DNA of 64,000 nucleotides from Puniceicoccales bacterium (GTDB lineage Bacteria; Verrucomicrobiota; Verrucomicrobiia; Opitutales; JAIRLM01): NCBI GenBank assembly GCA_031268535.1, contig JAIRXB010000033.1, positions 1,886 to 65,885 of the forward strand, read 5' to 3'. Shown piece by piece: positions 56,894 to 64,000 of this stretch (position 1 is its first letter; each line of letters starts with the position of its first letter). The notes under the pieces were generated by a model. It saw only the letters and a program-made list of their open reading frames with translations, ran no database searches and was not told where the DNA came from. The position numbers and the translations under genes were made by a program.

Positions 56894-57630
56894 GACCTCC
56901 CCCCACTGGCCGACGGCAATTGCCGTTCCCCGTCGCCGCCATCAGCGCCATCGCGCCCACCGCGGCCGCCCTTTGACCTTCCCATGTTTCCGTCCCGCAA
57001 CACCCTCGCTTCGTCGCCGTCCCAAACGGCAATCTCAACGTCATCCACCTTCGTTCGATTGACAATTGCCGCCAAAAGTTGCCCGTAATTTTGCTCAACC
57101 AGCGCAGTCTGAGCGACATTTGCCGTAAAAAACACAATCTGCAATCGGCCACCGTCCATCTGCATGCGGATGTCCGCACCGGAAAGCGCCGTGTCGCGCA
57201 AACGCAAATGCACCTCACCGCCGCCTCTCAATGCGGCATCACTGACCAGCAGGCGCGACACAATTTTGGCGATGGCATCGTCAATGGAGAATGGAGCCCC
57301 CGTCTGATTTCCAACGGGGACGGTCATAAGCTGCTGGGCGGGAACAAATGCCCCCACGCCATGCATCGCCAACAGGCTCGACGCCAAGCCGTCCACCGAA
57401 TCGGCGGCGCCTGCGCCCCCATTGGAGTCAACCTTTGCCGTTGCCATTAGGCTTCTTGCGAAGGCTCCGTTGAGCGCGGACTGCCTAGCGCCGCCGCCCA
57501 TCGCGTCGCGAAAGCGCCTTCCGTCGCCGTCCGCCAAATCATCGGGACGGCTGCCGACGGTGGGCTGTTCCGTAGCGCGGCCCGCCTGAATGTCTTTCCC
57601 TCCATTGATTTTTTCCAATTCAATTGTCAT
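56890..57630 (-). CDS. sctP: SctP-like needle-length or substrate-switch protein (T3S4 / FliK C-terminal-like)
   Basis: It lies between the sctO-like and sctQ-like genes. The N-terminal half is Gly/Ala-rich and disordered. The C-terminal GGEVHLRLRDTALSGADIRMQMDGGRLQIVFFTANVAQTALVEQNYGQLLAAI fits the T3S4 pattern. Confidence 0.45.
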   Translation of the reverse strand: MTIELEKINGGKDIQAGRATEQPTVGSRPDDLADGDGRRFRDAMGGGARQSALNGAFARSLMATAKVDSNGGAGAADSVDGLASSLLAMHGVGAFVPAQQLMTVPVGNQTGAPFSIDDAIAKIVSRLLVSDAALRGGGEVHLRLRDTALSGADIRMQMDGGRLQIVFFTANVAQTALVEQNYGQLLAAIVNRTKVDDVEIAVWDGDEARVLRDGNMGRSKGGRGGRDGADGGDGERQLPSASGGRS

Positions 57631-57641
57631 GTCGCTGTCTC

Positions 57642-58154
57642 CTATGCTCCAGTAAAAATTTCATCCGCCGAATTTTTCTCGCCCTGATTCTTGTGCACTA
57701 TCGCCTCTTCCAGCTCCCTATCCGCCAAAAATTCATCCAATTTTGTCTGTTCCGCAGTCCACTGCTCCCGGTGAGAGCTAAGCTTCTCGATGTCGCGCTG
57801 GGCACCATCCAACTCCTTCTTCTTCGCCTCCAACTCCTCTTGCGCCTTTTTTAGGTCGTCCTTCGCATCCTGGAGACGCTTGACGTAGTCCAGTTCCTTG
57901 GCGCGCATGGAGCGCACAACGGTCCCAAGGTCGTCTATGGCGCCGCGGTGCACATCCTTGCGGAGGACTTCATCGTATAGGCGGTCTATCTCCGCGTCAA
58001 CCCACTTTCGGTAATCCTCCAATTCTTTCTCCCGCAGCGGCACCTGCTTTTCCGCATCGTCCAGCCGTCCCTTGGCGGCAACCAACTCCCTCTCGATTTT
58101 GTCGCGGCGCAGCGTCCGCACGCGAATCAAATCGGCAAGAATGTATTTCGCCAC
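57642..58154 (-). CDS. sctO: SctO-like stalk protein (YscO/FliJ-type coiled coil)
   Basis: 170 aa, highly charged, heptad-like (KELEDYRKWVDAEIDRLYDEV..), and immediately downstream of sctN. Confidence 0.5.
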   Translation of the reverse strand: MAKYILADLIRVRTLRRDKIERELVAAKGRLDDAEKQVPLREKELEDYRKWVDAEIDRLYDEVLRKDVHRGAIDDLGTVVRSMRAKELDYVKRLQDAKDDLKKAQEELEAKKKELDGAQRDIEKLSSHREQWTAEQTKLDEFLADRELEEAIVHKNQGEKNSADEIFTGA

Positions 58155-58166
58155 GGCGCCAGCTCC

Positions 58167-59537
58167 CTAGAGGCCGACAGCCTGCTTCAACTTTTCGACG
58201 GTCGAAGCATATGTGTCTTTCTCGTGCAGATCTTGCCGCAGAAACCCATTGATCGCATCGATGCGGTCGATGGCTTCATCGGCCTCCTTGTCGTTGCCGC
58301 GCTTGTATTCTCCTATGCGGATTAGCAATTCAATTTCCTGATACTTGGAGAGCAATGTGCGCAATTTTCCGGCTGCAGCCAGGTGCTCCTTTGCGGTAAT
58401 GGCATTCATGACTCGACTCACGCTAGCAAGGACGTCGATGGCCGGGTAGTGGTTGGCCGAGGCCAACTTCCGCGAAAGGATGATGTGGCCGTCGAGGATT
58501 GACCTCGTCTCGTCTGCCACGGGCTCCGTCATATCATCGCCCTCCACAAGAATGGTGTAGAGGGCCGTTATGGAACCCTTTTCCGATTGGCCGGCCCGCT
58601 CCATCAATTTTGGCAAAGTGGCAAAAACGGACGGCGGGAAACCGCGCCTCGTAGGCGGCTCCCCAGACGCAAGACCAATTTCGCGCAGAGCACGGGCAAA
58701 ACGCGTTACGGAATCCATCATCAGCAGCACGCGCTTCCCGCGGTCGCGAAAGTACTCCCCTATGGCCGTGGCGACATATGCGGCCTTAAGGCGCTCCATG
58801 GGTGTGCGCTCCGATGTCGAAATTACCAGCACAGTCCGCTTCATGCCCTCCTCGCCGAGCTCTTTTTCGATGAATTCGCGCACCTCCCTGCCGCGCTCGC
58901 CAACGAGGGCCAGTACATTAATGTCGGCCTCTGTGCCGCGAATGATTTGCCCAAGAATCGTACTTTTCCCGCCGCCCGCCGCCGCAAAAATTCCCATGCG
59001 CTGCCCTTCGCCGCACGTCAAAACGCCGTCAATGGCGCGCACGCCAAGTGACATGGGCTTGTTGATGGGAGCTCGCGTCAGCGGATTGGGCGGATCGGCG
59101 TAGACTGGGTAATATTTTTTTACGCGCAGCGGGCCCTTTTTCTTCACGTCGATGGGATTCCCGAGACCGTCAAGCACGCGCCCAATTAGCTCTTCGCCAA
59201 CTGGCACCATATGCACCTGGCCGGTCGGAATTACCTCCGTAGCTGCCGAAATACCAGTAAGTTCTCCCAGCGGAGTGAGAAGCGTGTCTTGCCGCGAGAA
59301 CCCCACAACTTCCGCCATGAGCTCGCCGCTCTCCCACGGCGTTTTCAGGCGGCAAAGTTCCCCAATTTTTGCCTTCGGCACGGATGCTCGGATTATGGTG
59401 CCCACCACCTGCAGCACGCGCCCCTTCGCCTCCACGAGGCAAGCGTCGCGCAGGCATTCGTCAAACGCTTCCTCCTTGCGCTTTAGCAGCTGCCGGTCCA
59501 TGTGGAGAGTTTGCGGCAATGGCATACCCCTTGGCAA
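58167..59537 (-). CDS. sctN: Type III secretion ATPase SctN
   Basis: Walker [18 protein letters not shown], Walker [15 protein letters not shown], and overall collinearity with the YscN/FliI family. The start may be ATG 59501 instead of 59537. Confidence 0.95.
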   Translation of the reverse strand: MPRGMPLPQTLHMDRQLLKRKEEAFDECLRDACLVEAKGRVLQVVGTIIRASVPKAKIGELCRLKTPWESGELMAEVVGFSRQDTLLTPLGELTGISAATEVIPTGQVHMVPVGEELIGRVLDGLGNPIDVKKKGPLRVKKYYPVYADPPNPLTRAPINKPMSLGVRAIDGVLTCGEGQRMGIFAAAGGGKSTILGQIIRGTEADINVLALVGERGREVREFIEKELGEEGMKRTVLVISTSERTPMERLKAAYVATAIGEYFRDRGKRVLLMMDSVTRFARALREIGLASGEPPTRRGFPPSVFATLPKLMERAGQSEKGSITALYTILVEGDDMTEPVADETRSILDGHIILSRKLASANHYPAIDVLASVSRVMNAITAKEHLAAAGKLRTLLSKYQEIELLIRIGEYKRGNDKEADEAIDRIDAINGFLRQDLHEKDTYASTVEKLKQAVGL

Positions 59538-59626
59538 GAATTTTCATCGGAGCAGTTTGCCGCCGCTGGCGCCGGATCCGAAAATTGTCCCTTTCGCTAA
59601 TTTTTCACGTTTTTCGCGAGACACTT

Positions 59627-60367
59627 CTATTTGGAGAAGTGCTGCGCCGCCAATTCGCCGCCAACGCCGAAAACAAAAAAAAGCACAAATGCTATGGCGA
59701 TTGAGACAAATAGCCCGACCCCTAGCGTTAGGGTGCCGGCAATCGTCATGACGAGAATGCTTCCCGTGACGCTTACGGCCGCGAAGCCAATTTTTGATAG
59801 GGCCGAAAAAAAAGTTGCGGCCACCCTCGCCATCAGGGTTGCCGTAATCGCAATGGGATCCGGACTGCCGAACGTGTAGACTTCCGCTTTTCCATCCTTT
59901 CTTCGCGCCATTTCACGCTCGATGGCACGCCTTGTGTCCCCGTCTAGCTGCTGCACTACAAAGGCCGGAGGAGAATTTGACTGTTTGGCGGGAATGCGCA
60001 TCATGGCAACCTTTTCGACATCGCCATCATCACCAATCAATTCGTAATTTTCTCCGTACCACCTTACGCCATCGGGGCTGTCGCTGGCGCTTGCGAGAAT
60101 CTTCGCCCGCACGCATTGATTAATCGTTTCACCTCCGATAAATTCTTTGGCCCTTTTCCAATTCAGCTCGCAAATCTTGGAGCGAAGTTGCGACAATTCT
60201 TTGCGGTACGGTTCATTTTCGCCGCGCTGCCCGACGCAAATGCCCGTTTGCGTCACTATGTCCTGTCCAGCGGCAACGTCGCTCACCGCAACCGCTTTTT
60301 CCCTGCCACCTTCCCTAGCGACAACCGGCACCACATCACAAGTAATCGGTGATCCACCAGCAATCAC
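59627..60367 (-). CDS. Hypothetical protein with two C-terminal TM segments, directly upstream of sctN
   Basis: 246 aa. The C-terminus is FFSALSKIGFAAVSVTGSILVMTIAGTLTLGVGLFVSIAIAFVLFFVFGVGG. No family recognised. Confidence 0.35.
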   Translation of the reverse strand: MIAGGSPITCDVVPVVAREGGREKAVAVSDVAAGQDIVTQTGICVGQRGENEPYRKELSQLRSKICELNWKRAKEFIGGETINQCVRAKILASASDSPDGVRWYGENYELIGDDGDVEKVAMMRIPAKQSNSPPAFVVQQLDGDTRRAIEREMARRKDGKAEVYTFGSPDPIAITATLMARVAATFFSALSKIGFAAVSVTGSILVMTIAGTLTLGVGLFVSIAIAFVLFFVFGVGGELAAQHFSK

Positions 60368-60475
60368 TGCGTAAGTTTAGCGAAAAATGGTGCGGTCGGC
60401 AACAGCTTTTCGCGCTGACTGGAGCGCCGCAAAAAACCCCGTTGACATTGGGCGCGGACGGTTTCACCATAAATC

Positions 60476-60961
60476 ATGGTCAAATATGTGCACTCGTTGG
60501 CAATGGTCTCACTGGCGTTGGCTCTTGCCGGCTGCAAAACGGTGTCGCCGGGACCATCTCCGGAAGCCACGCTGTGCAGTTGTGACTGCGAAGATACTGC
60601 CCACTACCGCCGCCAAAATGGCTCCTTTGCCTACGGCAGCAAGGACCTAGTGGGGCAGGTGTTTTTTGCCGTCGACGACGTCAAGTTGGACGATGACGAT
60701 AGGCGCACCATCAAGGCAGTTGCGGTGGAGCTCAACAATTACCCGGAACGGGGCGTGCTGCTCGTCGGCTACTGCGACAGCAAGGGCAAGGAAGCCTACA
60801 ACCTTAACCTCAGCCAAAAGCGCATAGAGGTTGTTGCGGAATTTTTACAGGGCGAGGGTGTTAGCGCCGGTCGCATCAAAGGTGAGGCCAAGGGGGCTGC
60901 GGAGTCGGCGACCCACAGTCCGGCAAAATTCGACCGGCGCGTCGACGTCATGTTTCGCTAG
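60476..60961 (+). CDS. OmpA-family lipoprotein (Pal-like peptidoglycan-associated lipoprotein)
   Basis: Lipobox LALAGC. The OmpA C-like domain is FFAVDDVKLDDDDRRTIKAVAVELNNYPERGVLLVGYCDSKGKEAYNLNLSQKRIEVV. Confidence 0.8.
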   Translation: MVKYVHSLAMVSLALALAGCKTVSPGPSPEATLCSCDCEDTAHYRRQNGSFAYGSKDLVGQVFFAVDDVKLDDDDRRTIKAVAVELNNYPERGVLLVGYCDSKGKEAYNLNLSQKRIEVVAEFLQGEGVSAGRIKGEAKGAAESATHSPAKFDRRVDVMFR

Positions 60962-62357
60962 CCGCTTCTTCTCCGGCGTCTTTTAGGAGTGATTCCAGCG
61001 CCGCAGCTGCCATTTCCTGCGGCACCGCTTGCCCTACGCGCTTGCCTCCGCGGTACAGCTGCACCATCCCACGGCCGCATCCGACGCAGCCGTAGTGGGC
61101 ATCACCCATCTCGCCAACGCCATTCACCGAACAACCCATCACCGCTATGCGCAGATGTGGGTATGACCCGAGCCTTCTTCTGACTTCATCAGCCACGGCC
61201 CCAACGTCATAGCCCGTTCTGCCGCAGGTTGGGCAGGAGATAATTTCCGTAAAAAATTTCCCCCATCGACAAACTTGCAAAATCGACTCCACGATCTCTC
61301 TGCGCTCTTCCAGGTGCGGCCCGGCCTCCAGGACAACTGCACGTAAATTCTTGGTCCCCAAAAGTGCGCCAGCCATATGGAGCAGATAGTCTTCGCCGTC
61401 AAATTGGCCGTCGACTCGGCGGGCAATTGCGTCACCTCCGCAAGTTTCGTCGCCAATGAGTCGCACTGGCTCTGGGCGATCAATGGGGCTCGGCATTCCG
61501 CTACTTTCGCAAAATTTGAGCAACTTTTTGGCGAATTTCACCTCGGCCCCAGGACTTTCCGTTAGCGAAATGCGCACAGTGTCGCCAAGTCCCTCCGAAA
61601 GTAGCACACCAACGGCAACGGCGGCGGCGGCTCTCCCGCAGAAACCTTTGCCGGCCTCCGTCACGCCAAGATGGAACGGAAATGGGCAATGAAGTTCGTC
61701 CATGCGCTTCCGCGCCAGACGATTTACTTCAATTGTCTTTGACGCCGAGCTGCACTTAAAGGAGAGAACGAGATCTTCGAAATTTTCCTCCAGCGCCCAC
61801 CGCACCATTTCCTCAGCGGAGGACACCATGGCGCCGTCGCCGCCTCCGCACTGGCTCCGAATGCGCGCAGAAATCGATCCGCCATTGCAGCCGATGCGGA
61901 CTGCGCGGCCAAGGCGCTTGGCTTTCCGAAAAAATTCACGCGCCTTCGTCCGAACCTCCTCCTCCTCGCGCCGAAAAAAATTTTCCCCGCGGGTCAGCGT
62001 ACCCGACAGCGTGCCGGCAAAATTCCCGGGATTTATGCGCACCTTCTCGAAGACGTCGAGGGCGTCGAGGGCGAGCTCGCCGTTGAAGTGCAAATCGGCG
62101 ATGAAGGCCGCATTCTCGCAGCCAATGGAGCGGCGAATGCGCTCAAAGTCAAAGAGTGATCGTGCCGTCGGAATGGCCACCCGCACAAGAAAACAGCCGG
62201 CCCACAACAGTTCCTCGATCTGCCTAAGACATTGGCTTTCCGAGGAAAGCGGAACGGACAGCATGGACTGGATGGCGATTGGCTCAGCTCCGCCAATTTT
62301 TTGGCGGCCAACCGTCACGGTGCCGCTAACGCGTCTTGGGGGCTGCTCCATAGCCAT
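60948..62357 (-). CDS. ispG: 4-hydroxy-3-methylbut-2-en-1-yl diphosphate synthase
   Basis: Start at ATG 62357 overlaps the waaA stop (TAATG). IGGAEPIAIQSM, VRINPGN, GVTEAG, and the C-terminal CPTCGR...MGCSVNGVGE Fe-S motif. Confidence 0.9.
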   Translation of the reverse strand: MAMEQPPRRVSGTVTVGRQKIGGAEPIAIQSMLSVPLSSESQCLRQIEELLWAGCFLVRVAIPTARSLFDFERIRRSIGCENAAFIADLHFNGELALDALDVFEKVRINPGNFAGTLSGTLTRGENFFRREEEEVRTKAREFFRKAKRLGRAVRIGCNGGSISARIRSQCGGGDGAMVSSAEEMVRWALEENFEDLVLSFKCSSASKTIEVNRLARKRMDELHCPFPFHLGVTEAGKGFCGRAAAAVAVGVLLSEGLGDTVRISLTESPGAEVKFAKKLLKFCESSGMPSPIDRPEPVRLIGDETCGGDAIARRVDGQFDGEDYLLHMAGALLGTKNLRAVVLEAGPHLEERREIVESILQVCRWGKFFTEIISCPTCGRTGYDVGAVADEVRRRLGSYPHLRIAVMGCSVNGVGEMGDAHYGCVGCGRGMVQLYRGGKRVGQAVPQEMAAAALESLLKDAGEEAASET

Positions 62358-63754
62358 TAGCGCCCAGCGGCGGCTGAGCCGAAGGCCAATTCCCCTATGC
62401 GCGAACAAATTCGATCGGAAACGCCGCCATTTCGCAGCAGCCAAGCGGTGGCCGCTTCGGCGACACGCTTTCGCCGCGCCTCCGATTCCCCAAGCTCGAG
62501 CAAATGTTTTGCAACTTCTTTGGCGGTAGCGCCCCGCAAAATTGCCCCAGCCCGCAGCAATTCCCCAATGGCGTCAGCAAAATTGCCCGTGCGCGGGCCA
62601 GCAACCAGCGGCACCGATGCCGCAATGGCGTCCACGGGCGACTGGGCCCCTCCGTTGGGCGGGAGCGTTTTGCCAAGAAATGCCATCGCGCCGAGGCGCA
62701 CAAATTGCTGCAATTCTCCGCCACTATCCAAAATGGAAACGGTGGCTCCGCACGATTGGGCTGCACCAGAACTGCGCATGTGCAGCGGCAGTTGGCGCCG
62801 CTCCACGGAACAACGCAGCTCCTGACTTCTCTCCCAATGGCGCGGGATGATGAGTAATCGCCAAGCGGGATTGCGCGCAATGAGTTCCGCCAAAACGTCC
62901 AATAGAAATTCTTCTTCGCCTGGCCAAGTGGAGCAGCCCACTAGAATTGACGTCTCGCTGCCATCCTCCAGCCTGGCCTCCAGCCCAATCTCCTCAAGCA
63001 TCTGCCGGCGCTTCTCTCCGCTAAGCTTAGCCAGCGGCGGTCTGTCGCACTTAATGTTGCCGGGGCTATGGATTTTTTCTGCGGCACCCGGCAGCAGCCG
63101 CAGGCGCTCGACGGTTGCCTGGCCGTCCGGAAAAATGTCAGTTATGGCGCTCCAGAAGGCGCCGGAAAAAAAACGAAAGCGCCTGTGCCTGTGGAAACTG
63201 CGCTCCGACAGACGACAATTCGCCACCACAACCGGAACGGAACGGATGTGCGCCTGGTGGAGGTGCTCCGGCCAAAGTTCTCCGTCGGCGTGGACGAGCA
63301 CGTCCGGCTCAATGCGGCTCCAGGCGCGACTGGAAAATGGCCAAAGGTCTATGGGGAACGCAAACGTTTCCACTTTGTCGCCATAGAGTTTTCTGGCCGC
63401 CGAAAGGCCGCTGCTGCTTGTGGCGGTGCAGACTATGTCGTAGCGCCCATCGCCGAGCAGCTTCTCCATGAGCGGCCAAAGCGACTGCACCTCCCCAAGG
63501 GACACGCCGTGCACCCACAGGCGGCGGCGCCCCTCGGTGGGCTTTGGAAGTTTCGGCAGGCAGCCGAAGCGCTGACAAAAGCCACGCCCATAGCCGCCGC
63601 GCCGCCACATGTGCAGGAGCCAAGTGGGCACCATTGCGCAGTGAAATGGGATAGACAGTAGGCGGTACGGCCAAATCACCGGACAACTTGGCCACAGCTC
63701 AGCCGCTTGGGCAATTGATTTTTTCGGCACAATGGACAAATAGCTCTTCCGCAA
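62357..63754 (-). CDS. waaA: 3-deoxy-D-manno-octulosonic acid (Kdo) transferase
   Basis: RFGCLP....RRLWVHGVSLGEVQSLWPLMEKL is the typical KdtA N-terminus, and the C-terminal half is GT-B glycosyltransferase-like. Confidence 0.85.
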   Translation of the reverse strand: MRKSYLSIVPKKSIAQAAELWPSCPVIWPYRLLSIPFHCAMVPTWLLHMWRRGGYGRGFCQRFGCLPKLPKPTEGRRRLWVHGVSLGEVQSLWPLMEKLLGDGRYDIVCTATSSSGLSAARKLYGDKVETFAFPIDLWPFSSRAWSRIEPDVLVHADGELWPEHLHQAHIRSVPVVVANCRLSERSFHRHRRFRFFSGAFWSAITDIFPDGQATVERLRLLPGAAEKIHSPGNIKCDRPPLAKLSGEKRRQMLEEIGLEARLEDGSETSILVGCSTWPGEEEFLLDVLAELIARNPAWRLLIIPRHWERSQELRCSVERRQLPLHMRSSGAAQSCGATVSILDSGGELQQFVRLGAMAFLGKTLPPNGGAQSPVDAIAASVPLVAGPRTGNFADAIGELLRAGAILRGATAKEVAKHLLELGESEARRKRVAEAATAWLLRNGGVSDRICSRIGELAFGSAAAGR

Positions 63755-63911
63755 GCGAAAAAGTTGCGCTGCAGAGCGGCCAGTAAAGTTAATTTGCGCA
63801 CAAGTTTGAACGGAATTTCAGCGAATGGCGCCTCCACTTTTGATCCGGACACCGCTAGCCATTTGCAATCATTTCTTGACAGACTATGACGAAGCAACAT
63901 TTGCATAGCAA

Positions 63912-64000
63912 ATGCTAGCCACCGTCCATTCTGGAGCCCTGTGGGGCGTAGAGTCAATAGCCGTCGACGTCGAAGTAAATAGCGGCGAAAGGGGAGAGTT
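63912..64000 (+). CDS. YifB/ComM-family Mg-chelatase-like ATPase, first 29 codons (runs off the right edge)
   Basis: Own translation from ATG 63912: MLATVHSGALWGVESIAVDVEVNSGERGE. This matches the characteristic N-terminus (MLA.v.S.al.G.....V.VEv) of this family. Confidence 0.5.
   Translation, partial: MLATVHSGALWGVESIAVDVEVNSGERGE

Noticed and set aside
61702-62529. 275-aa plus-strand ORF
   Set aside because: It is antisense to ispG, which has the Fe-S and TIM-barrel motifs.

Overview
Moderately GC-rich (judged by eye) 64-kb bacterial window. Gene content fits a host-associated member of the PVC superphylum, probably Verrucomicrobia-like. The taxonomic hints are a PilM/PilN fusion followed by a protein that I recall resembling Akkermansia Amuc_1100, plus FabV, a membrane pyrophosphatase and waaA/lpxB. 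This is inference only; I ran no search.

Most of the window is ordinary housekeeping, largely on the minus strand: gpsA, fabD, pnp, rpsO, lpxB, clpP, fabV, rsmE, prmC, tpiA, a family-4 UDG, truA, dnaX, gatA, gatC, rpmE, nth, psd, pssA, atpB, rsmD, tkt, hppA, ispG, waaA and three tRNAs (Glu-UUC, Arg-UCU, Phe-GAA).

The accessory layer embedded in it is the interesting part:
1. A non-flagellar type III secretion system lies in two same-strand fragments 54 kb apart: sctN-O-P-Q at 56.0-59.5 kb, and a SpoA-domain gene plus sctR at 0.6-2.2 kb. No sctS/T/U follows sctR.
2. A compact candidate chaperone/effector locus (32.6-38.3 kb) abuts the 3' end of tRNA-Arg. It holds a CesT-like small acidic protein, a protein with a PI3/4-kinase-like catalytic loop, and two diverged tandem paralogs with Ser/Pro-rich N-termini and duplicated promoter-like 5' regions.
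3. A ~1240-aa internally repetitive orphan protein sits where the rest of the atp operon is expected.
4. A ~4.3-4.8-kb tandem segmental duplication (13.0-21.2 kb) shows differential decay. It carries a novel ~540-aa membrane-anchored paralog family (one copy frameshifted) and a degenerate short-repeat family.
5. Several apparent pseudogenes include an HExxH metalloprotease-like gene broken over three frames and a frameshifted gene whose frame runs straight through tRNA-Arg.

No rRNA, CRISPR array, transposase or integrase was recognised. All family calls rest on motif-level recognition from memory without BLAST or HMM. Start codons are often ambiguous because the ORF track extends to the furthest upstream ATG/GTG/TTG.
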